A DNA stretch of 58,312 bases from the NCBI GenBank assembly GCA_964443385.1, contig CAYUCO010000045.1, forward strand, positions 1-58,312, given 5' to 3'. The position numbers were made by a program, and so were the translations under genes. The number at the start of each line of letters is the position of its first letter. Position 1 is the stretch's first letter. A model generated the notes under the pieces. That model was not told the DNA's origin and made no database searches. It saw only the letters and a program-made list of their open reading frames with translations. Shown here piece after piece: positions 1 through 8,384 of this stretch. This stretch comes from an uncultured Dehalococcoidia bacterium. Lineage in GTDB: Bacteria > Chloroflexota > Dehalococcoidia > Lucifugimonadales > UBA2985.

Positions 1-102
1 TATTATAGCATTCGGGACGTTTATAAATGAATATATATGTGTGTTAAAATTCGGTATTGTCCCTATACGTGATACCAAATCAAAATGAGGAGGATTAGAG
101 AC

Positions 103-915
103 ATGGGTGAATTAGATGGTAAAGTGGCCATAGTCACGGGAGCAGGTAGATTAAGGGGTATAGGTAGAGCAGCTGCAGTGGAACTGGCTAGGCTTGGAGC
201 TAATGTTGTAGTGACCGGTACAGGACGAAACCCTGATAGTTTTCCGCCAGATGAAAAAGCTATCGGTTGGAAAGATGTAGAAAGTGTTGCAGATCAAATT
301 AGGGAACATGGTAGAAAAGCATTAACCGCTATCGTAGATGTGACAAACTTTCATCATATTCAAGATTTAGTAGACCAGACGATAAGCGAATTTGGCAGGG
401 TGGATATTTTGATCAATAATGCAGCATTCCCACGCGGGATAGATAGAGTTCCAGTATTAGACTTGGAAGAAGATATTTTCCAAAAAGTTTTGGACATAAA
501 ACTTAAAGGAACTTTTTTGTGTACTAAGGCAGTTCTTAAGCACATGGTTGATCAAGGGGATGGAGGTAAGATTGTTAATATCTCCTCTACTGCAGGTAAG
601 AGAGGTAGCGCTAACACTTTGGCTTATAACGCTGCTAACTTTGGTATAGTTGGTATGACTCAATCCATGGCAAGAGAATTCGGAAAATACGGCATCAATG
701 TAAATGCAGTGTGCCCAGGAGCCGTAGACACCCATCGGATGGATTTACTTGGTAGGGGAGAGGAGTGGGAAAGAATGGCAAGTAATACACCCATAGGAAG
801 AAATGGCACTGACGACGAAACTGGAGCGTTCTGCGTATATCTTTGTACTGAGGCTGCTTCATGGATACACGGCCAATCCATAAACATTAACGGTGGAACG
901 GTGATGGAGCATTGA
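103..915 (+). CDS. Short-chain dehydrogenase/reductase (FabG-like) with atypical active-site block
   Basis: Track ORF 85..915. GGAGG at 89-93 lies 9 nt before ATG 103, and there is no SD before ATG 85. Rossmann motif GKVAIVTGAGRLRGIG, NNAAF, a Ser...Tyr block and CPGAVDT are all present. The catalytic Lys position reads Asn (YNAAN). Confidence 0.85.
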   Translation: MGELDGKVAIVTGAGRLRGIGRAAAVELARLGANVVVTGTGRNPDSFPPDEKAIGWKDVESVADQIREHGRKALTAIVDVTNFHHIQDLVDQTISEFGRVDILINNAAFPRGIDRVPVLDLEEDIFQKVLDIKLKGTFLCTKAVLKHMVDQGDGGKIVNISSTAGKRGSANTLAYNAANFGIVGMTQSMAREFGKYGINVNAVCPGAVDTHRMDLLGRGEEWERMASNTPIGRNGTDDETGAFCVYLCTEAASWIHGQSININGGTVMEH

Positions 916-947
916 GACTTCATGTATCTTAAGATTCGATCATATAG

Positions 948-2216
948 ATGACGAAAATACATCATGGTTGGTGGATACTTTCTGGTACTTTAATAAGTCA
1001 ATTTGTGTCCATCAGTATTATGCTAATGATATCTGGAGTTTTCTTAGAGCCTGTGGTCCAAGATCTCCAGATTGAGGTGTGGCAGTTTGCATTTGTTGTA
1101 TCTTTATCTTCGGCACTGGGAGCGGTTTCTCTCATAATATTTGGACCTATCGTGGACAGTATTGGCCCAAGACGCGTGATGGTTATTGGAGCACTATGTT
1201 CCGCAGCTAGCTTTATAGGTTTATCAATACAATCTTCGTTGTTTGCTTTGATATCTTTTCATGTATTGTGCGGGGCATTTGGATTTACCCTGTTTGGACC
1301 AAGGATTTTGAGCCCAACGATATCTAAATGGTTCATATATTACAGGGGCTGGGCTCTCACCGTTGGATCAGTAGGGGTTTCTTTTGCGGGTATAATCACG
1401 CCTGTGCTAATGACATCAGTTGTTGACTCTTTTGGATGGAGAACAGGATATCTAGTTCTAGCCGCAACCATATTGCTTATTATTTTACCTGTGTCTATGG
1501 TAATGAGGAGACAACCGGAAGATATGGGATTATTACCGGATTTAGTTGCCAAGAGTGATATAGATACAACAGAAAATAATCTCAGTAGTGCCTTGATGGA
1601 TGATACTGACAGAACTTATACCAGATCCTTGGCTATGAAAACTTCCAGTTTTTGGTTTGTTTGCATTGGATATGGATTTAATATGGCTGCGTTGTCATCT
1701 GTTGTGATACATGGAATACCTTTTGCCACAGACGCTGGGTTTAGTAGAACGCTTGCTTCTGTTGCTTTGGGTATAAGTGGAGTGGGCAATTTACTTTCCA
1801 AATTACTTTGGGGTTGGGGGCTTTCACGTTATGACGCGAGAAGATTAGCCAGCCTGGCGTTTTGCATTTCAGGTTCAGGGGTTATTTTGTTATTATTTTC
1901 GGCTATTGGTAATAACATAGCAATGTTGTTACTAGGTTTTTTTCTCTATGGTTTTGGTTTTGGAGGTACGATTCCTGTGAGTGAATTTCTGTGGGCTCGT
2001 TATTTTGGCCGGCGTTATATAGCTTCTATTCGCGGTGCAGGTGAACCATTTGTTATGACCTTTGCAATGATTGGGCCAATTTTAACAGGATACGTTTTTG
2101 ACATTCATGGTTCTTATACAATGGCATTTTCCATGATTATTGTTAGTTACATAGCGGGTGCAGTGGTAATAAACTTATCCTCTGACCCACCTAGAATTAA
2201 TAACTCTTTACACTAG
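948..2216 (+). CDS. MFS transporter
   Basis: 422 aa with about 12 hydrophobic segments in two halves, split by a polar loop (RRQPEDMG...TYTRS). MFS loop motif GPIVDSIGPRR. Confidence 0.85.
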   Translation: MTKIHHGWWILSGTLISQFVSISIMLMISGVFLEPVVQDLQIEVWQFAFVVSLSSALGAVSLIIFGPIVDSIGPRRVMVIGALCSAASFIGLSIQSSLFALISFHVLCGAFGFTLFGPRILSPTISKWFIYYRGWALTVGSVGVSFAGIITPVLMTSVVDSFGWRTGYLVLAATILLIILPVSMVMRRQPEDMGLLPDLVAKSDIDTTENNLSSALMDDTDRTYTRSLAMKTSSFWFVCIGYGFNMAALSSVVIHGIPFATDAGFSRTLASVALGISGVGNLLSKLLWGWGLSRYDARRLASLAFCISGSGVILLLFSAIGNNIAMLLLGFFLYGFGFGGTIPVSEFLWARYFGRRYIASIRGAGEPFVMTFAMIGPILTGYVFDIHGSYTMAFSMIIVSYIAGAVVINLSSDPPRINNSLH

Positions 2217-2218
2217 CA

Positions 2219-3901
2219 CTACATAGAGCCATCTATAATTATATCCAGTAACACTGGTGCGTTCATTGACACAGCCTTATCTATTGCAGGTTTAATCTGT
2301 TCTGGTCTTTCTATTCTTTCTCCGTAGACCCCCATACTGTTAGCTATAGAAGCTACATCAAATGGTGTTCCAAAATCTGAGTGCAATAGGTTTGGACCAG
2401 CTGTCTCGGTTTCACCAAGTACATCTTTCTGATAAATGGCGTAGTTCGTTTTGAGGATTCTATACATGCCGTTGTTACATATAATAAAAACACATGGTAT
2501 GTTTTCATTGGCTGCAGTCCAGAGACCCTGTATAGTCATCATTGCACTTCCATCGCCAATTATTCCGAATACTTTTTTTTCAGGATTTGCAAACTGGGCC
2601 CCCATAGTAGCTCCAATGCCGCCTCCTATAGATTGACCCCTAACTCCAACTATGTCTCCTCTGTTTTGTGCCTGAATAAACCTGCGTAAAGAAGCTCTAT
2701 TACTCAAAGAGTCATCTACAACCATAGCATTTGTAGGTAAGGATTGTGCAATTTCTGACATCATTCTTGCAGGAGTTATTGGTAAGTTATCCCAGGTAGG
2801 TTTTACTCCTTCCATAAAGGCGTTACGTTCAGCCAAGACTTGTCTTTTTACTTCTAGAACTCTGTCATTTATCGTGGACATTTTTGCGTTGCTAATTCTT
2901 ATATTTATCTCCCTAATGAGATCTTGAATAGCAGTGGCACAGTTTGAAACGATTCCTAAAGAAGTTGGTTCCGATTTGCCTATTTTACCCTGCTCGGAGT
3001 CTATGTGTATTAGTTTGGTATTATTTGTGAGTATTCGGTCGCCCCAGTGGAATAGATCTTCAAATGTGTCCATTCCTATTGTTAACACAGTGTCGTATCG
3101 CTTAATGACTTCCCGATGTGATATTAGTCTAAGTGATAGGTTTCCGAAGAATTGTTCATGCTGAGTAGGGAAAGAAACCTCGGCACCTCTGCTTTGGTAA
3201 ACACTAAAACCAATTAACTCGGCTAATTCTATGGCATATCCCATTGCATCGTCATCCGAAACTCTATCACCTACTATCATAACTGGATTTTCGGATTCCA
3301 ATAGAATATCTGATGCCTCTTCTATTGCACGTAGGTCTGGGCGAGATTGATCCCGTACTAACGAAGATGGGGAAATGTCCATAGTAGCTGTGCCCTCCAT
3401 GGCGTTAGAAGTGAAGCCTACGTACACTGGGCCTTTTGGATGTGTATTAGCTTCTTTGAAGGCGCGCCTCAATACGCTTGGTATCTGGTCGGGTAGAGTA
3501 AGTTCAACCGCCCATTTTGTCACCGGTCTAACTAGATCGGCAAGATCTGTTATCCCTTCTGAGATTTTTCTGGCATCATAGTTAGCTGATGTCACAACCA
3601 TAGGTGTACCAGTGTTGTAGGCATCTAATATTAGAGACATTCCGTTTGCTAGACCATTATCTACGTGCAAGTTGACAAATGATGCCTTTTTGGTACACCT
3701 TGCATATGACTCAGCCATGCCTACTGCTACACTTTCCTGCAATGACAGGATATATTTAAGTTCTGGGTAATCTCCTAACATATTAATCAGAGGAGCCTCA
3801 CTTGTGCCGGGGTTACCAAATATGTATTCAACACCCTCAAGTTTCAATATTTCCAATATTGCTTGTTTTCCTGTCATGTTTTGCATCATTGATACCTCCA
3901 T
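2219..3901 (-). CDS. Thiamine-diphosphate-dependent enzyme (acetolactate synthase / benzoylformate decarboxylase family), substrate unknown
   Basis: 560 aa. N-terminal Pyr domain (GVEYIFGNPGTSE) and ThDP motif GDGSAMMTIQGLWTAANENIPCVFIICNNGMY. Start is uncertain: ATG 3901 overlaps the upstream stop by 1 nt, while ATG 3889 follows a GGAGG. Confidence 0.85.
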   Translation of the reverse strand: MEVSMMQNMTGKQAILEILKLEGVEYIFGNPGTSEAPLINMLGDYPELKYILSLQESVAVGMAESYARCTKKASFVNLHVDNGLANGMSLILDAYNTGTPMVVTSANYDARKISEGITDLADLVRPVTKWAVELTLPDQIPSVLRRAFKEANTHPKGPVYVGFTSNAMEGTATMDISPSSLVRDQSRPDLRAIEEASDILLESENPVMIVGDRVSDDDAMGYAIELAELIGFSVYQSRGAEVSFPTQHEQFFGNLSLRLISHREVIKRYDTVLTIGMDTFEDLFHWGDRILTNNTKLIHIDSEQGKIGKSEPTSLGIVSNCATAIQDLIREINIRISNAKMSTINDRVLEVKRQVLAERNAFMEGVKPTWDNLPITPARMMSEIAQSLPTNAMVVDDSLSNRASLRRFIQAQNRGDIVGVRGQSIGGGIGATMGAQFANPEKKVFGIIGDGSAMMTIQGLWTAANENIPCVFIICNNGMYRILKTNYAIYQKDVLGETETAGPNLLHSDFGTPFDVASIANSMGVYGERIERPEQIKPAIDKAVSMNAPVLLDIIIDGSM

Positions 3902-4884
3902 CAGGTAGATTTCGAATCAGGATATAGATGGCATTTTACTTCTCGTTCGTAAATGTATGTTGCTTTTGGGTCGATCGTATCACACTTGCCAACAATTACG
4001 GATGGACATCTTGGGTGGAATTTACAGCCGTTAGGTAAAGCAGATGGGCTAGGTGGTTCTCCAAGAATTACCTCGCGTTTTATCATCCTGTTTTTCGCAT
4101 TAGCTGCTGGAATCGCATTGATTAATGCTTTTGTATATGGATGAAGCGGGTCATCTATTATCTCTCGTGGATTTCCAGTTTCGATTATCCTTCCGGCGTA
4201 CATTATTGCTATCTTGTCAGAAAAATGTCGTGCGGTAGCTATGTCGTGAGTTATGTATATGTAAGAAACACCATACTTCTGTTGAAGATCTTTCATCAAA
4301 TACAGTATTTCAGCTCTGTTAGATGCATCTATCATAGATACAGGTTCATCAGCCAATATATATTCTGGATTTAAAGTGAGAGCTCTCGCAATGCCTACTC
4401 TTTGTCTTAGCCCTCCTGACAGCATGTGTGGGTATTTTTGTGCGACTTCATCTACCGGTAGTAATTTTACTGCATCCAATACTGAATGCACAATTTCATT
4501 GCGCTCCAATTTGTTTTTATAACCATGTACTATCAATGGTTCCTCTAATATCTCATATATAGTCATAAATCCATTAAGGCTTGAGTATGGATCCTGAAAT
4601 ATTCCTTGGGCTTTTCTTCTGAAATTCTTTATTGAACGATTATTCATTGTATTCAAATTGATCCCATTGAATAATACGTTGCCTTCGGAAGGATCTATAA
4701 GCTTGAGAGACACTCTTCCAAGTGTGGTTTTACCACTACCAGACTCACCTACAATCGATAAGGTTTCCCCTTTATTAAGCGATAATGAAACTTGGTCCAG
4801 TGCCTTTACGTTTACGGATCCAAATAGACCTGTACGAGCTTGGAAAGTGACACTTATATTTTCAAGTTTCAATAATTCGCTCAC
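3901..4884 (-). CDS. Opp/Dpp-type ABC transporter ATP-binding protein (OppF/DppF-like)
   Basis: Walker A GESGSGKTT, signature LSGGLRQR, Walker B ILADEP. C-terminal Opp-type extension carries a Cys cluster (CKFHPRC...C...C). Overlaps the upstream ATPase gene by 4 nt. Confidence 0.9.
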   Translation of the reverse strand: MSELLKLENISVTFQARTGLFGSVNVKALDQVSLSLNKGETLSIVGESGSGKTTLGRVSLKLIDPSEGNVLFNGINLNTMNNRSIKNFRRKAQGIFQDPYSSLNGFMTIYEILEEPLIVHGYKNKLERNEIVHSVLDAVKLLPVDEVAQKYPHMLSGGLRQRVGIARALTLNPEYILADEPVSMIDASNRAEILYLMKDLQQKYGVSYIYITHDIATARHFSDKIAIMYAGRIIETGNPREIIDDPLHPYTKALINAIPAANAKNRMIKREVILGEPPSPSALPNGCKFHPRCPSVIVGKCDTIDPKATYIYEREVKCHLYPDSKST

Positions 4885-5843
4885 GATTTTTCATCCATTA
4901 ACCAACAAAATACTTCATGTTTATTGTCGATATCAAACTTGATTGGTTCCTCATTTAGACATTTTTGTGTTGCGAAGTCACATCTGGGATTGAAGCTACA
5001 TCCTGATGGGGGGTTTGTCATGTTTGGGGGCTCCCCCTCTATGAAGTTGGGTTCGGTTTCGGAATGTAGGTTGGGCACACTGTTCAAGAGCTTTTGTGTG
5101 TATGGATGTTGAGGGTTGTGTAACACGTCTTGAGCATTGCCAGATTCGACAATTTTCCCTGCATACATTACGCCTATTTTATCGCTTAGATCGCTAGCCA
5201 ACCCTATATCATGAGTTATGAAGATGAAAGAAGTTCCATACTGCCATTTCAGATCTTTAAAGATGTTCATCATCTGAGCTTGTATACTAACATCCAAAGC
5301 TGAAGTTGGTTCGTCCAATATTATCAACTTTGGGTTCATTACGAGAGCCATAGCTATCATAATTCTTTGTTTCATACCACCGCTAAGTTCGTGTGGGTAT
5401 CTATTTCTTACTTCTTGAGGCAAATGTACCATATCCAGTAAAGATGAGACCCTTTCTTCAATGGTTGATTTATTAAACGATTTATCTAGCTCAAGAGGTT
5501 CTTCTATTTGCCTGCCGACTCTTATAACAGGATTAAGTGAATTCATTGACCCTTGAAAAACCATGGAAAGAATTTTCCATCTCATTGTCCTACGAAATTC
5601 AGATTCCTCCATATCCAACGTATTTTGCGTGCCAATGAGGATTTCGCCTGATAACTGAGCTATGTTCTTGGGGAGTAAGCGCATTAGAGCTAGTGACAGG
5701 CTAGTCTTCCCTGAACCAGATTCGCCAACTATACCTAGAGCTTCTCCTTCCTGCAATTCCAAGGAAACTCCATTAACCGCTCTAAGTGGTTGGGAATTGG
5801 TGGCATAGTGCAGATGGAGGTTTTTTATGGATAAAAGGCTCAT
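4881..5843 (-). CDS. Opp/Dpp-type ABC transporter ATP-binding protein (OppD/DppD-like)
   Basis: Walker A GESGSGKTS, signature LSGGMKQR, Walker B LILDEP. C-terminal extension with CSFNPRC...C...C. Confidence 0.9.
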   Translation of the reverse strand: MSLLSIKNLHLHYATNSQPLRAVNGVSLELQEGEALGIVGESGSGKTSLSLALMRLLPKNIAQLSGEILIGTQNTLDMEESEFRRTMRWKILSMVFQGSMNSLNPVIRVGRQIEEPLELDKSFNKSTIEERVSSLLDMVHLPQEVRNRYPHELSGGMKQRIMIAMALVMNPKLIILDEPTSALDVSIQAQMMNIFKDLKWQYGTSFIFITHDIGLASDLSDKIGVMYAGKIVESGNAQDVLHNPQHPYTQKLLNSVPNLHSETEPNFIEGEPPNMTNPPSGCSFNPRCDFATQKCLNEEPIKFDIDNKHEVFCWLMDEKS

Positions 5844-7282
5844 TTGTTCACCCGGCGCAATCTAGGATCCACAATTTGCTCCATCCCTAGAGCTATAAAT
5901 ACAAACGTGAGTGCCGTTAAAATTATCAATATACCGGGTGGCAAAACCCACCACCAATACCCTACATATACTGCCCCAGTTTTAAATCCTTGGTCTAGTA
6001 TTTGCCCCCATGTTGGTATGGAAGGGTCCCCTAGTCCAAGAAAGCTCAATCCTGCTTCTGCAAGTATAGCTGCCGGAGTGAAAAATATCATTTGAGCTAA
6101 AACGAAAGGAGCTATTTGTGGGAATATGTGTTTAAACATTATTCTAAATTTCGAGACTCCAATAGCTGTGGATGCCTCTATAAGTTGACCGGACTTTATT
6201 TGCAAAACCATAGATCTAATTACTATTGTCATACCGGGCCATCCGAACACAACTAGAGTAGCCATAACAATCCATAATTTTTGTCCCAGAATAAACGCTA
6301 GAAACAGAAGGATTGGCAATAAGGGTATATTGGAAAGAACGTCCGAAATTCTCTGTATGGCTATATCAGTTTTTCCTCCTAAGTATCCACTTATAATCCC
6401 CAAACTTGTACCAATTATAGTTGCCATCACTGAGGTTATCACTCCTATTGTTAGAGCAACTGGGAATCCGTAGAGGAGGCCTCGCGCAAGATCTCTACCT
6501 AATGAATCTGTCCCCATCATGCCGAAGTTCGATCCACCTATTACAAATTTGACAGTATCTATAGAATCTGAACTATTTTGCAATCTTATATAGATTTTAA
6601 TGGTGTATGTGCCTTTCAATGTCTTAACTTCTTGATTGGAAGAATAGGGAGGTTGACCGAATATAATTTTTTCTATATCTCCAATCAATTCAGTTGAGTT
6701 CAGTTGAAGATCAAGCTCATTTTTCAGGAATTTAGACACCTGAGACGCTGAATATGGATCGCCAGTTAATTGAAGTCTAAATGGTTTATTAACATATCTT
6801 CGGTAAGGATATTCCTCTTGGTTTCTAGGGCCAGGTACGACTAACTTGTATAAATATATTTCTCTTCCGTCCGGACGCATTATAGATACATCTATCAGTG
6901 GTGGCCCATCGTGGTAGGTTATGTTACCTACGGAAAAAGAAGTAAATGAAGGCAATTCATCATATTTGAACTTAGTAGACAATTCATAAATATTGTAGGT
7001 GCCATTTGTTGTATCGTGGGATTGAGTGGCTTTAGATGAAGTTAAGACTGTATGCTTTACAGGTTTAACATTGCTGAACAGACTCGCCCATCCAGGTGGG
7101 GAATTCTTGGGATTGTCCGCCCATTCCGAGGGATTGTTCCATAATTCGTCTCCAAAATTCGCTGGGTTGTATATTATTGAGTACAAAGAGATTAATAAAA
7201 TAATCAACAGGAATGCTGAACCCAGCTTCCCAGTTAAAGAAGTTAGCAGTTGTTTTTCAAAATTATATAGTTTACTAATCAT
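5840..7282 (-). CDS. ABC transporter permease (OppC/DppC-like) with long N-terminal extracytoplasmic insert
   Basis: 480 aa. The C-terminal part, about 270 aa, is the permease core with EAA loop EASTAIGVSKFRIMFKHIFPQ. One N-terminal TM helix is followed by a hydrophilic segment of about 230 aa. Confidence 0.85.
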   Translation of the reverse strand: MISKLYNFEKQLLTSLTGKLGSAFLLIILLISLYSIIYNPANFGDELWNNPSEWADNPKNSPPGWASLFSNVKPVKHTVLTSSKATQSHDTTNGTYNIYELSTKFKYDELPSFTSFSVGNITYHDGPPLIDVSIMRPDGREIYLYKLVVPGPRNQEEYPYRRYVNKPFRLQLTGDPYSASQVSKFLKNELDLQLNSTELIGDIEKIIFGQPPYSSNQEVKTLKGTYTIKIYIRLQNSSDSIDTVKFVIGGSNFGMMGTDSLGRDLARGLLYGFPVALTIGVITSVMATIIGTSLGIISGYLGGKTDIAIQRISDVLSNIPLLPILLFLAFILGQKLWIVMATLVVFGWPGMTIVIRSMVLQIKSGQLIEASTAIGVSKFRIMFKHIFPQIAPFVLAQMIFFTPAAILAEAGLSFLGLGDPSIPTWGQILDQGFKTGAVYVGYWWWVLPPGILIILTALTFVFIALGMEQIVDPRLRRVNK

Positions 7283-8343
7283 TAGTACCTAACCCTCGGG
7301 TCTACAATTACGTAAAGTACTTCTAATACAAATCTTGCAATTATATATATGAGTGTGAACATAAAAGTCAGGGCAACTATGACTGACTCATCGGCTGAGA
7401 GGATTGCTTCGTAATAGAGTAACCCCATGCCAGGCCAGCTGAAAACTGTTTCTGTTAATATTGCACCGGCCAAAGAAGATGCTAACCCAAGGATCAATCC
7501 TGTTAGAATTGGTGGAGCGGATACTCTAAGTATGTGGTTAAACATCACGTTTCGTTCCCGTAATCCTTTTGCTCTCGCTACGTTAACAAAGTCTTCTTGA
7601 GCGGTGTTCATTACCATAGTCCTGACCACGTATGTCCAAGACCCTACTGAAATCAATACCATTGTTGTTATTGGTAGAATGGCATGCCAAGTTAGATCCA
7701 GAAACCTGGGTATCATCTCCTCTGGGGGAGGGGAGCTGTACATACCTCCTGGGGGGAATAATCTAACTCCGAATGTAGAAAGAATGAGATAGGTTAACAT
7801 TATCATAAGTATGCCTGCCCACCATGCAGGAACTGCATTAGATGTTGCCGCTAATATAGAGGCTATCCTGTCAGATTTGCTTCCAACTCTGGTTGCCAAT
7901 ATGACGCCTAATATTAACCCCAATATGGCAGTTATTATCGTGGAAGTCGTTACCAGCATCACTGATCTTGGCAATCGTTCTAGTATTAAAGAACCAACCT
8001 TGCTGCTTCCTTTAGCAGTTTTCAACGTTCTGGCTTCACCAAGATCTAGTTTGGCAACTCTGGTAATCATAGACGGGAGTCTGAAATACCATTGTTGGTT
8101 TAGCCCATAGGATTCTTCCAGTTCTTCGCGATGCAATGATATAGTTTTTTCTATTTGATCCGGATCTCTTATAGTTTCTGATAAACCTTGCCTTATCCCT
8201 CTGACTTCTTCACTGACAATAGCCGTCAGCATCCTATCCGAGAATCCCGTAGCACCGAATGTTACTACAACCATTACTAAAACAGCAAAAAGGACGCCCA
8301 CTAGACTCAGGGCTCTTACCAACAATGTTTTAGCAATAGACAT
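7282..8343 (-). CDS. ABC transporter permease (OppB/DppB-like)
   Basis: 353 aa, multi-TM. EAA-type loop NVARAKGLRERNVMFNHILRVSAPP. Overlaps the next permease gene by 1 nt. Confidence 0.9.
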   Translation of the reverse strand: MSIAKTLLVRALSLVGVLFAVLVMVVVTFGATGFSDRMLTAIVSEEVRGIRQGLSETIRDPDQIEKTISLHREELEESYGLNQQWYFRLPSMITRVAKLDLGEARTLKTAKGSSKVGSLILERLPRSVMLVTTSTIITAILGLILGVILATRVGSKSDRIASILAATSNAVPAWWAGILMIMLTYLILSTFGVRLFPPGGMYSSPPPEEMIPRFLDLTWHAILPITTMVLISVGSWTYVVRTMVMNTAQEDFVNVARAKGLRERNVMFNHILRVSAPPILTGLILGLASSLAGAILTETVFSWPGMGLLYYEAILSADESVIVALTFMFTLIYIIARFVLEVLYVIVDPRVRY

Positions 8344-8384
8344 GACAACTAATGAATGGTCAATCTACATGATTATGACCAATT

